Notes under the pieces: generated by a model
The model's input: the letters and a program-made list of their open reading frames with translations, nothing else
Databases searched by the model: none
What the model was told of the DNA's origin: nothing
Shown: positions 35,936-43,443 of the stretch, piece after piece
Numbering within the stretch: position 1 is the first letter of the stretch
Layout of the letters: each line of letters opens with the position of its first letter
Made by a program: the position numbers and the translations under genes
Sequence record: MN158208.1
Length of the DNA stretch: 46,736 nucleotides
Reading direction: 5' to 3' (one strand)
From: Escherichia phage BEK6

Positions 35936-36109
35936 ATGGTTAAATTATTTTGCATTAAGAACACATCCAAGACACTGCCATTTGCAGTCAATCAGCCGTA
36001 CAATGCAGAGTACCGTGGTGACGGATATTACAAGATTTACGGCGACGATATGACGCACATCTTAGCGCCGATTGATGGTTCGTTGGTTGAATTTATTATC
36101 GCTGACTAG
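35936..36109 (+). CDS. hypothetical protein
   Basis: 57-aa ORF with AGGA RBS after a degenerate palindrome module; the longer track ORF 35774 overlaps the upstream gene. Confidence 0.4.
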   Translation: MVKLFCIKNTSKTLPFAVNQPYNAEYRGDGYYKIYGDDMTHILAPIDGSLVEFIIAD

Positions 36110-36135
36110 CGCAGCAAAAACATAGCGTTACGAAC

Positions 36136-36161
36136 GGGGAGCCTTTTGGCTCCCTTTTTTT
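36136..36161 (+). terminator. rho-independent terminator before the lysis cassette
   Basis: GGGGAGCC-tttt-GGCTCCC followed by TTTTTTT. Confidence 0.65.
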
Positions 36162-36239
36162 ATGCTTCTTTTCCGAGCGGTGCTAATGTATCATTATTTT
36201 ATTAACTTAAACATTGACAAATACATAAAGGTGGATCAC

Positions 36240-36455
36240 ATGAGGGAAGTAATCAACGCCGCTACGGCATCAACCGGCGGGGCTGCGGTAACTGGCGCAG
36301 CAACTGGTCAAATGACTATAGCAATAATCAGCCTTATCGCTCTAATCATTTTTGGAGCCTGGGGTGCTTACTGGAAGTATAAGGATAGCCAGGCTATTCG
36401 CAGAGCGCTTGAATCGGGAGACTTGAAGGCAGCAATCAATATAAGGAGTAAATAA
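36240..36455 (+). CDS. holin (pinholin-like)
   Basis: 71 aa; Gly/Ala-rich first hydrophobic segment then strongly hydrophobic TMD (MTIAIISLIALIIFGAWGAYW), charged C-terminus; AAGGTGG RBS; immediately upstream of the endolysin. Confidence 0.5.
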   Translation: MREVINAATASTGGAAVTGAATGQMTIAIISLIALIIFGAWGAYWKYKDSQAIRRALESGDLKAAINIRSK

Positions 36456-36941
36456 ATGAAGCAGAAGCTGCTAATTAGCGCGGCTACGGCTGCGGCGATA
36501 TACATCGCAGCGCCGCTTATTGAGCTCGTTGAGGGTGTGGAGAATAAGCCTTACATGGACATTGCCGGAATCCCTACAGTTTGTTCCGGTATTACCGGTC
36601 CAGATGTGGTCTGGGGTAAAGCGTACAGCAACAGGGAGTGCCGTAACCTGCTGGAGAAACACATCCAGATTCATGCCAAGTATGTTCAGGATGCGGTTAC
36701 CTACCCAATCGCACCGCAGACAAGGGCAGCGTTAATTAGCTTTAGCTACAATGTTGGTGGTTCTGCCATGAGGAAATCTACTGCCGTTAAGTTAATTAAC
36801 CAGGGTAAGATTGAGCAAGGTTGTAAGGCTTTGGGTCTTTGGAATAAAGTTACCGTTAATGGCAAAAAGGTTGTCGTTAAGGGGTTAGTGAATCGCAGGA
36901 ATGAGGAGATTAAGTTATGCTTAAGCGGATTGCAGCGTTAG
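36456..36941 (+). CDS. SAR endolysin (T4-lysozyme-like muramidase)
   Basis: N-terminal weakly hydrophobic signal-anchor-release-like segment (LLISAATAAAIYIAAPLI) followed by E-x8-D-x5-T catalytic pattern (ELVEGVENKPYMDIAGIPTVCSGIT). Confidence 0.75.
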   Translation: MKQKLLISAATAAAIYIAAPLIELVEGVENKPYMDIAGIPTVCSGITGPDVVWGKAYSNRECRNLLEKHIQIHAKYVQDAVTYPIAPQTRAALISFSYNVGGSAMRKSTAVKLINQGKIEQGCKALGLWNKVTVNGKKVVVKGLVNRRNEEIKLCLSGLQR

Positions 36942-37306
36942 TAATGTGCGTAGCTTTATCTGGATGTTCGGCAACATCTGCTCTGACTGGTTTAATTGGC
37001 AGTAAGCCAGAGATTAGCGCTCAAGCTGGTGCAGAGAACAATAAGGTTGGTGTCGGGTTAACGAACAAGGTTGACTCCAGTAACTCCAGCGATGCTTCCG
37101 TTAAGGATTCTAGCGTAGGCTCTCTGGATAGCTCGAGCGGAAAAAAGACTGCTGACAACTCGATTAAGGCCTCAACAATCACTGCCGAAAAGATTGAAAT
37201 TACCAATAACGAATCATCAGCGCTTCCGTGGGTTGGAACGGGAGCTATGGGTGTGCTGGTTTTAATTCTCATGGCATTAATCTTAAGACGTAAAAAAGCC
37301 TCCTAA
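36917..37306 (+). CDS. unimolecular spanin (T1 gp11-like)
   Basis: N-terminal lipoprotein signal with LSGC lipobox plus C-terminal transmembrane helix (GAMGVLVLILMALIL) and basic tail; overlaps the endolysin 3' end. Confidence 0.65.
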   Translation: MLKRIAALVMCVALSGCSATSALTGLIGSKPEISAQAGAENNKVGVGLTNKVDSSNSSDASVKDSSVGSLDSSSGKKTADNSIKASTITAEKIEITNNESSALPWVGTGAMGVLVLILMALILRRKKAS

Positions 37307-37320
37307 TGGAGGCTATTTCT
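37292..37320. terminator. bidirectional terminator between spanin (+) and minus-strand gene
   Basis: AGCCTCC-taat-GGAGGCT with A-run upstream and T-rich downstream; spanin stop codon lies in the loop. Confidence 0.55.
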
Positions 37321-37501
37321 ATTGCTTGATCCTAACTTCAACATCAATATCAGACATTAGGGCGAACAACTGAGCTTTTCCATTTACTCGAATGGTCAGA
37401 ATGTTCTCTTTTACGTTATTCTCCATGACCAGACGGAACTTTCCAGCAAACTTAACCATCATGCCTTTTTTAACTTGGCTCATCTTCATAGTCTTATCCA
37501 T
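37319..37501 (-). CDS. hypothetical protein
   Basis: 60-aa ORF downstream (minus strand) of a palindrome/TATAGT/CATCGAAAAC module; bidirectional terminator 37292-37320. Confidence 0.4.
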   Translation of the reverse strand: MDKTMKMSQVKKGMMVKFAGKFRLVMENNVKENILTIRVNGKAQLFALMSDIDVEVRIKQ

Positions 37502-37558
37502 TTTAAAATCCTCTTTGTTTTCGATGAAGTAACTATACTATTTTTGTTTTTTCTTTTA

Positions 37559-37579
37559 TTTAACAATTCGTGCTATTAG
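37559..37579 (-). promoter_or_regulatory. palindrome copy (TAATAGCACGAATTGTTAAA on minus strand)
   Basis: Overlaps stop of micro-ORF 37576-37653; minus-strand TATAGT about 22-23 bp downstream, CATCGAAAAC leader before ATG 37501. Confidence 0.45.
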
Positions 37580-37653
37580 TACACGCCAAGATAAAGAGCT
37601 ACGTTATCAATGATTGCAACAGCAGTCAGCATACCAGCGAAGAACTTAACCAT
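37576..37653 (-). CDS. hypothetical hydrophobic micro-protein
   Basis: 25-codon ORF (MVKFFAGMLTAVAIIDNVALYLGVY) preceded by its own palindrome/-10-like/CCATCGAAACGATAGAC leader; below the ORF-track cutoff. Confidence 0.3.
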   Translation of the reverse strand: MVKFFAGMLTAVAIIDNVALYLGVY

Positions 37654-37716
37654 TTTATTTTCCTTTCATGTCTATCGTTTCGATGGATTAAATATAACAA
37701 TTAACCCACAAGATGT

Positions 37717-37736
37717 TTTAACAAAAAGTGCTATTT
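37717..37736 (-). promoter_or_regulatory. palindrome copy (AAATAGCACTTTTTGTTAAA on minus strand)
   Basis: Overlaps stop of gene 37735-38037; TATATT and CCATCGAAACGATAGAC leader before the micro-ORF. Confidence 0.45.
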
Positions 37737-38037
37737 ACTTGGATTCACTTCTCGCTATGTATTCGCGTATTGTTTTCGCCGTTTCGATTGCCGACCCGAA
37801 GTCACCGTGAACATGACGGCTGTCTCGGCAATCCTGGTAGAATTTTCTTGCCACATTTGAAAACATAGCTCCAGTTACTCTAGCATCACCAAGTTTTGTT
37901 TCTATCTCGTAACTAATGCCGTCCCGAAACTCATTACCACTCATAAACATTTTTGCTATTTCAGCGGTTTCGAAAAGGTCTGCAAGTTTTGATAAATTTT
38001 CATGGTCATCTTTGGTAAAGAGGTTAATGTTAATCAT
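37735..38037 (-). CDS. hypothetical protein
   Basis: 100-aa ORF preceded by a palindrome module containing terminator hairpin AGCCCATTATGGGCT. Confidence 0.4.
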   Translation of the reverse strand: MININLFTKDDHENLSKLADLFETAEIAKMFMSGNEFRDGISYEIETKLGDARVTGAMFSNVARKFYQDCRDSRHVHGDFGSAIETAKTIREYIARSESK

Positions 38038-38099
38038 CTTATTTTCCTTTGTTAATCTCGTTTCGATGAATTAATAATAACAAAAGCCCATAATGGGCT

Positions 38100-38119
38100 T
38101 TTAACAAAAAGTGCTATTT
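38100..38119 (-). promoter_or_regulatory. palindrome copy (AAATAGCACTTTTTGTTAAA on minus strand)
   Basis: Overlaps stop of gene 38118-38453; followed by terminator hairpin AGCCCATTATGGGCT and CATCGAAACGAG leader. Confidence 0.45.
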
Positions 38120-38453
38120 AAGAAAAAAGATCGTCATCCGTCATGTTGCATATGTTCATCATATCCTTAATATATTTACTTTCATAACCGTTAAGTGCCT
38201 CGAAGCTGAAATTAAATGGCCTCCTCAGGCTACCCTTGCTAACAAACTTACCGCACTTACCATCAATGTATCCAGCACTCAACATCTTTGCGCAGAACTC
38301 CTTTGAAGCAGCGCTGCAAAACTCTCTATGCGATAACCCTGCCGCCTTGCTAAATCTCTTAGAATCCTTATGTTGGTAGATGAATCGCGCCAAATGCTGG
38401 CGCGTGAAAAAGCTATAAGATTCGCAAAAACGATACATATCCAAAATGAACAC
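38118..38453 (-). CDS. hypothetical protein
   Basis: 111-aa ORF immediately downstream of the 527-aa gene (GTG start in track; internal ATG 38438 possible). Confidence 0.4.
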   Translation of the reverse strand: MFILDMYRFCESYSFFTRQHLARFIYQHKDSKRFSKAAGLSHREFCSAASKEFCAKMLSAGYIDGKCGKFVSKGSLRRPFNFSFEALNGYESKYIKDMMNICNMTDDDLFS

Positions 38454-38456
38454 TTA

Positions 38457-40040
38457 TCACCCCAGCAGTCGTGGATTAATGTAAACTTTATCACCAATCA
38501 GGCACGTGTAGTTTTTCTCATCAAGCATTGGCAGCAAGTGGTCTTTAATCTTCGTCATTACTCCCGCTTGAGCCTCGAACGGCTTAACCTTGCGAGCCGC
38601 TTCATATAGCGAACGAATACCTACTACTCCTTTCCCGTTTTTGCCTTGCTTAATCAGGATATCAATCAGCTTATTCATCTCTGCATTGTCGCCAGCGTGA
38701 CCCGCGGCGTTAGCGGATGACAGATAAGTTTTGCTCAACTCCTGGAACATAATTACAGCTTCCTGCATTGTATCAAGCTCAATTTCTCTCGACTTCTGAG
38801 GGCTACCGCCATTTGGGTTGAACCAGTTACGCACAGTGTGAAGGACAGCCGCAATCCTTATTGCCTGCTTATCAAACTTACCAAGCGCGCCGCGCAACAT
38901 TGTGTGTGAATACTTGCCGCCGTCCGCAAGGTGAGGTTCCATTTCCTGACGCGCACGGTTGAGATACTTCATTGCTGAGTTACTAACCGTTAGTTTTACA
39001 TCCTGCTCATTCATGATTTCATGAACAAGACGGAAGTAATCAGCCTTCAACCCTGCATCAATTGGTTCATAAGTCGATTCGCCATTTTCATCAACGAATA
39101 CACGCTCGCCCAGGAATGACTTTTCACGTACAAGCAGGAAACGCTCAGATACACCGATACCACGCGCGCCAGCGTTCATGATAGCGTTGATTGTCTCATC
39201 CTGCGCAATTACAGAGATGCAACCCATAGCGACGAAGCTCATGTTGTTTTCAGCGTTAGCACGAGCGATAGATACGTTGCCAGCATCCCATGCCTTCAGT
39301 ACCAGTTCGCTGTTCGTTTTCTTTGATCCGTCACCATAGGTCATGCCAAGTAGTGAGTTTACACTCGTTGCCTCATCCGAGATTACTGCAAAGTTACCCT
39401 GACGATTGTTTATTCGCGCAAGACCTTCCGGTGTGGTATCTGAAACCGGGAAAACGATATCGCATAGTTTCTCGAGTTTTTCCTCCAACTCCTCTTTCTC
39501 CTCGAAAAGAGAAGCCATCTCTGACGGGGATTTTTCCTGCTTCATCTCTTTGGATAACGCAGATAGTTTAGCCATAATCTTTTTGCGCTCACGCTTTCGC
39601 ACTTCATTCAGTCGAGCAGTTTCAGCAATCATCGGAGCAATTGAAAGTGAGTTGATTGCTGATTTACCAGTCGATGGTGGCTGGCTTGTTACAACATAAA
39701 GCGAAGTCGGTTGCTGCGTTCCGTGATACTCAACAGTAAAACGGCCTAGCATCGCAGCGGAAATACACCCAAGGAAGTGCATGTAAGCTGAAGACTCGGG
39801 GAACTGAACTGAGCGAGCAATATTAGCTGACAGTTTACCAACAACATCAATGTCATTGCCGAGTGAGATCACGGGATACTTGTCATTAGCCGCATCAATC
39901 TCCACCGGTGCTTTCCAGAATGATTGAGACTGGCGATAGCCATTGGCATTAATAGCGACGCGCAGGGGTGGGAGGTTGTCTGCGGCAGCAATTGCCATAA
40001 CCTGTTCAACAGATAGTTTATCTTCGTTGAAATCAAACAT
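38457..40040 (-). CDS. P-loop NTPase-like protein (Walker A/B-like motifs), function unknown
   Basis: 527 aa; Walker A-like QPPSTGKS and Walker B-like FAVISDEAT in the central region; N- and C-terminal segments shared with the 175-aa ORF at 42714-43241. Confidence 0.5.
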   Translation of the reverse strand: MFDFNEDKLSVEQVMAIAAADNLPPLRVAINANGYRQSQSFWKAPVEIDAANDKYPVISLGNDIDVVGKLSANIARSVQFPESSAYMHFLGCISAAMLGRFTVEYHGTQQPTSLYVVTSQPPSTGKSAINSLSIAPMIAETARLNEVRKRERKKIMAKLSALSKEMKQEKSPSEMASLFEEKEELEEKLEKLCDIVFPVSDTTPEGLARINNRQGNFAVISDEATSVNSLLGMTYGDGSKKTNSELVLKAWDAGNVSIARANAENNMSFVAMGCISVIAQDETINAIMNAGARGIGVSERFLLVREKSFLGERVFVDENGESTYEPIDAGLKADYFRLVHEIMNEQDVKLTVSNSAMKYLNRARQEMEPHLADGGKYSHTMLRGALGKFDKQAIRIAAVLHTVRNWFNPNGGSPQKSREIELDTMQEAVIMFQELSKTYLSSANAAGHAGDNAEMNKLIDILIKQGKNGKGVVGIRSLYEAARKVKPFEAQAGVMTKIKDHLLPMLDEKNYTCLIGDKVYINPRLLG

Positions 40041-40097
40041 TACTTCTCTCCGTATTGTTTCTGAGCGGCCATTATATCAACGACCGCTTATAATTCA

Positions 40098-40117
40098 TTA
40101 TCAATTTGTGCTATTAG
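40098..40117 (-). promoter_or_regulatory. palindrome copy (CTAATAGCACAAATTGATAA on minus strand) upstream of the 527-aa gene
   Basis: Minus-strand TATAAT (forward 40071-40076) exactly 22 bp after TTGATA; overlaps the 3' end of micro-ORF 40114-40230. Confidence 0.45.
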
Positions 40118-40230
40118 TTGTTCTTAATCCACTTTAGACACATCCACAATCCAGCTCCATAGAATGCAATCTTAATAACTTCAACTAAGACAAGGATAAT
40201 AAGGTATCCACCACCAAGTAAATCAATCAT
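40114..40230 (-). CDS. hypothetical hydrophobic micro-protein
   Basis: 38-aa ORF (MIDLLGGGYLIILVLVEVIKIAFYGAGLWMCLKWIKNN) with ATGA overlap to the upstream gene; predicted single TM helix. Confidence 0.3.
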   Translation of the reverse strand: MIDLLGGGYLIILVLVEVIKIAFYGAGLWMCLKWIKNN

Positions 40231-40466
40231 TTTTTAATCTCCATTTCCACAACTTCATAACTTATGTAATTATTTATCATTCCAATAAGTGATTTTGGGT
40301 ATGTTTTCATATGCTTCTTGGCTGAATCTTCATCAAGATGCGCTGATATGTTGTGAAAATTGTATTCATAATCCATGCCCATTAGTATGTATATCTTATC
40401 GTGCGCATTAATGAAGTTATTTGATTTTAATCCCCCAATAGACCAGCCTTTTCCTTTTCTAATCAT
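40227..40466 (-). CDS. hypothetical protein
   Basis: 79-aa ORF starting at ATG 40466 (ATGA overlap with upstream stop); track ORF extends to 40499. Confidence 0.4.
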   Translation of the reverse strand: MIRKGKGWSIGGLKSNNFINAHDKIYILMGMDYEYNFHNISAHLDEDSAKKHMKTYPKSLIGMINNYISYEVVEMEIKK

Positions 40467-40816
40467 TTGTATTGAGCCTCGAAATGGTAAGTCTGGCAAA
40501 GAGTGTAAAATCCAACATCCTCGCTACGGTAGAGCTGCCAGGCATTACCATCTTCGTCGTAAATGTATCCGGCATTTTGCCCAAGGCCTGCATGCATGGA
40601 TACCTGGTAACGTTTCTCTTCTTTAAAGTCTTTTTTAACTCCGGATTTGTGGTTAACTTTCGTGCAATACAGAGTTTTGGTCTTGATATACTTACCGCGC
40701 TCTTCCAGGTTAACCCATTTCCCATCTTTCTTGATTTGTTCTACACCATCTTTAACGCGAGCTTTGTATAGTACGTTTTCGTTGCTAATCCAGTTTTTGG
40801 TAATCGTAGTAGTCAT
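40463..40816 (-). CDS. hypothetical lysine-rich protein
   Basis: 117-aa ORF starting at ATG 40816, downstream of palindrome/TATATT/CTCATCGAAACGAAAC module; track start 40861 would include the leader. Confidence 0.45.
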   Translation of the reverse strand: MTTTITKNWISNENVLYKARVKDGVEQIKKDGKWVNLEERGKYIKTKTLYCTKVNHKSGVKKDFKEEKRYQVSMHAGLGQNAGYIYDEDGNAWQLYRSEDVGFYTLCQTYHFEAQYK

Positions 40817-40878
40817 TTCTTTTGCCCTTCGTTGTTTCGTTTCGATGAGGTTAATATACATGAAAAGCCCCGAAGGAC

Positions 40879-40898
40879 TTTAGCAATTAGTGCTATTT
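40879..40898 (-). promoter_or_regulatory. gene-boundary palindrome copy (AAATAGCACTAATTGCTAAA on minus strand)
   Basis: Encodes the C-terminus/stop of ORF 40880-41041; minus-strand TATATT (forward 40853-40858) 22 bp downstream; CTCATCGAAACGAAAC leader. Confidence 0.5.
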
Positions 40899-41041
40899 CG
40901 TGCTTTTTCTATCGCCTTGAGCATAATTTCATGGCTCTCTAGCAAGTCCTCGCGAAACCAATCGCCGCAAGGCCAGCCCTTACCAGACATCTTTGACACA
41001 ACTTCAAAATCCCAATAACTCAAATCTGAAGGTAATAGCAT
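40880..41041 (-). CDS. hypothetical small protein
   Basis: 53-aa ORF, ATGA-type overlap with upstream gene; C-terminal residues NSTNC and stop codon are encoded by the palindrome itself. Confidence 0.3.
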   Translation of the reverse strand: MLLPSDLSYWDFEVVSKMSGKGWPCGDWFREDLLESHEIMLKAIEKARNSTNC

Positions 41042-41280
41042 CATTTCACCTCATCAAAAGTTGCAATCCCAGGAATAAACATCCCAACCTTCCAGCCAGC
41101 AATCGCAATCCAGCCAGAATCGTGCTTGTGCGGTCGCTCAGCGCCATTAATCAACCACTCGTTCGGGATTGTCTTCCCGTTAATGATTAGCGGCTCAGCT
41201 TCGTATACAGAGCCTTTTACGAATGGTGTTAATACTTTCTTGTCGGTGCTGGTGATACAGTTAGTGCAGCGAATTTTCAT
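41041..41280 (-). CDS. hypothetical protein
   Basis: 79-aa ORF with GAGG RBS, second gene of the minus operon from 41470. Confidence 0.4.
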   Translation of the reverse strand: MKIRCTNCITSTDKKVLTPFVKGSVYEAEPLIINGKTIPNEWLINGAERPHKHDSGWIAIAGWKVGMFIPGIATFDEVK

Positions 41281-41290
41281 ATCTCAATCC

Positions 41291-41470
41291 TCAAATAAAT
41301 GGTAGGCATTCGGCGCATCCAAGTCCATCACAGCACAGGAATTCATCCTCTGACTGGAATTGCTTAGCCAAGTCGATGTCCAGCTTTCCGCGCAACACAA
41401 GTTCTGTGTAATCTTCATTAAGCCCAATCAGTGCGCATTCGTGACGTAATTCATCTTTATCAATCTTCAT
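41291..41470 (-). CDS. hypothetical Cys-rich small protein
   Basis: 59-aa ORF (ends ...CCDGLGCAECLPFI) with GGGGAG RBS, preceded by palindrome/TATAGT/CTCATCAACAACGG module; below the track cutoff. Confidence 0.35.
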   Translation of the reverse strand: MKIDKDELRHECALIGLNEDYTELVLRGKLDIDLAKQFQSEDEFLCCDGLGCAECLPFI

Positions 41471-41524
41471 ACCAATCTCCCCGTTGTTGATGAGCTAACT
41501 ATAGCCTGGCCATCCACACATGTC

Positions 41525-41544
41525 TTTAGCAAAAAGTGCTATTC
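41525..41544 (-). promoter_or_regulatory. palindrome copy (AATAGCACTTTTTGCTAAA on minus strand)
   Basis: Minus-strand TATAGT (forward 41498-41503) about 23 bp downstream; first gene of the minus operon starts at 41470. Confidence 0.45.
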
Positions 41545-41827
41545 GTCAGATTTATGGATTGTTGCAGATATTGCAATGATTCACATGACTATTGCACATA
41601 CAGCAATATTGCTTCAGATGCAATGATGTTTTTGATTGTTGCGAAAAGTGAAATGAAGTGGGGAGTGAGTGAATGAAAGATTGATGGACTGCCATACAAG
41701 TTGACTTTACCACTCGATGAGCACCTCACGGATATACGCGTATCCTAAGTATACTCAGTGTCGTCACAAAAGTTAGTGACCACTAACCTACGTTTTTACG
41801 CGAGATATACACACGATATACAATATA

Positions 41828-41896
41828 ATATCTATATATATCAACCTTTTACTTTATTATTATTATTATTATTATATATATGTATACTGTGTATAC
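41828..41896. repeat. AT-rich repeat element with (TTA)n tract, copy B
   Basis: ATATCTATATATATCAACCTTTTACTTTATTATTATTATTATTATTATATATATGTATACTGTGTATACC; same orientation as copy A. Confidence 0.7.
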
Positions 41897-42102
41897 CGAT
41901 CATTGGTGAGATAGTTGATATGTTCCGCGCAGATATTCTGACACTTGTAGGAAAGGGATGACATTGTAGGAATGGATAGGCATGCATGGGGCCTGGTGGG
42001 TAAAAAAAGTGTATACACGGCGTACGCGCAATATACATATAGAGATGATGCGGTGCTAGAGGCAGATTTGCGTATTAGGTGAAAAATATACAAAGAAATA
42101 CT

Positions 42103-42131
42103 TTGACTAACGCGTAAATCTGATGCAATAT
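42103..42131 (+). promoter_or_regulatory. candidate sigma70-type promoter for the 42172 gene cluster
   Basis: TTGACT (42103-42108), 17-bp spacer, CAATAT (42126-42131). Confidence 0.35.
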
Positions 42132-42171
42132 ACCAATCAATGAAACGCAGTACACAACAACGAGGTGACAT

Positions 42172-42714
42172 ATGAATGAAGTAACGCTTGGTGAAGTAAT
42201 CAGGAATATGGTAAGTAAAGCCATGGAGTCCAGCAGTGGTGAGTTTAAGGTTCCTGTAAGGGAAATATTCAAGGTGCTTAGAGGTCGGGATTATCCTGAG
42301 CTCAGGTATGATGTTGAAACTGATGAGATCATCAACCTTAAGGAGCGGTCGATTCCAGAATTGAAGAACTCATACATTTATAATACGGTATCAAGGATGC
42401 CGCAGTTAAGAGCTGCAGGAAAGCATGCTAAGCACAAGATAATCTGGATTGATGATGATGGTGAGCAGACGAGCGCAAAGCAATTCGACGGTGACGGTGC
42501 AGATAAGTATCTTGTAATCCAGATCTGCGATGGTGAACATAAGAAGAGCGAGAGCGCCAGGAGGAAGAGAGATAGCGATGCTGCTGTTATTGAGTCATTC
42601 AAGTCAAGATTAATGAAGGTAGTACCGAGCGTTATGGACTTAGATGGTGAGCAGAAGGTTGGCGCAGAGATTGCTATCGGTAGATTTTATGATTTGATTA
42701 AGGATGCTAAATAA
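42172..42714 (+). CDS. hypothetical protein
   Basis: 180-aa ORF, first plus-strand gene after the 41.5-42.2 kb control region; candidate TTGACT-17-CAATAT promoter upstream. Confidence 0.45.
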   Translation: MNEVTLGEVIRNMVSKAMESSSGEFKVPVREIFKVLRGRDYPELRYDVETDEIINLKERSIPELKNSYIYNTVSRMPQLRAAGKHAKHKIIWIDDDGEQTSAKQFDGDGADKYLVIQICDGEHKKSESARRKRDSDAAVIESFKSRLMKVVPSVMDLDGEQKVGAEIAIGRFYDLIKDAK

Positions 42715-43241
42715 TGTTTGATTTCAACGAAGACAAATTGACTGATGAACAGATTATGAGCATTGCGAAGCAGGATGGAATTCCACCGCTACGGATTGCA
42801 ATCAATGCAAATGGTTATAGGCATGTTCAGCACCTCTGGGGCCAGCCTGACGCATCGGAAGTCTACAGAGATGAAGCGCTGGGAGTTATGATTAAGTTGA
42901 TCAGGAAAATGGCAAGGAACGGCAAGGGCGTGCTTGGCATCAGGTCTTTATACGATGGCGCTCGCAGGGGGAAAAGAATTAATGGTGGCAATGCCGTGCT
43001 GATGGCTCGCATTAAGGATGAGCTCATCCCCGCTCTAGAGGAAATGAATCTCGTTTGCCTAATTGGAGATAAGATTTATGTTCATCCGGCTATCATTGAT
43101 GAGTATTGGCAACCAAACTTCAAAACTTACGAAGGTGAGCACGCTAGTAGACCACCATACCACTTGCGGTACAGCGAGGAAGAGGTGGAGGTGGCGATTG
43201 AGTTCTACCGGAAAGCTAAATCACTCCTGAATGGTGAATAG
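42714..43241 (+). CDS. truncated paralog of the 527-aa NTPase-like protein (N- and C-terminal segments only)
   Basis: Starts MFDFNEDKLTDEQIMSIA...PPLRIAINANGYR and contains NGKGVLGIRSLYDGAR...IKDELIPALEEMNLVCLIGDKIYVHP, matching both ends of the minus-strand 527-aa protein; first 20 nt identical. Confidence 0.5.
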   Translation: MFDFNEDKLTDEQIMSIAKQDGIPPLRIAINANGYRHVQHLWGQPDASEVYRDEALGVMIKLIRKMARNGKGVLGIRSLYDGARRGKRINGGNAVLMARIKDELIPALEEMNLVCLIGDKIYVHPAIIDEYWQPNFKTYEGEHASRPPYHLRYSEEEVEVAIEFYRKAKSLLNGE

Positions 43242-43255
43242 CACGAATTGTTAAA
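43236..43255 (+). promoter_or_regulatory. gene-boundary palindrome copy (GAATAGCACGAATTGTTAAA)
   Basis: Contains the TAG stop of the 175-aa paralog; TATAAT at 43276-43281 (22-bp spacing). Confidence 0.5.
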
Positions 43256-43311
43256 AGGGGATTCATCCTGACTGGTATAATCCCCACATCAACCAAACGA
43301 AAGGAATTTGA

Positions 43312-43443
43312 TTGACCATATACGAACATAAATTCAGTAGCAGGGGCATTGATATGCTCCTGCACTATGTAGACGAAAAATACGCAAATCACATGCTTAA
43401 GACGCATGGCGGAACAATGACGAGGGTTAACATAAATGTCTAA
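43312..43443 (+). CDS. hypothetical small protein (TTG start)
   Basis: 43-aa ORF after palindrome/TATAAT module with AAAGGAA RBS; 3' end overlaps the kinase start; speculative. Confidence 0.25.
   Translation: MTIYEHKFSSRGIDMLLHYVDEKYANHMLKTHGGTMTRVNINV

Noticed and set aside
41758-42272. Track ORFs 41758-41961 (+), 41841-42038 (-), 41872-42171 (-), 42075-42272 (-)
   Set aside because: They overlap the second AT-rich repeat/control region and each other, have low-complexity translations, and have no start signals; treated as spurious.
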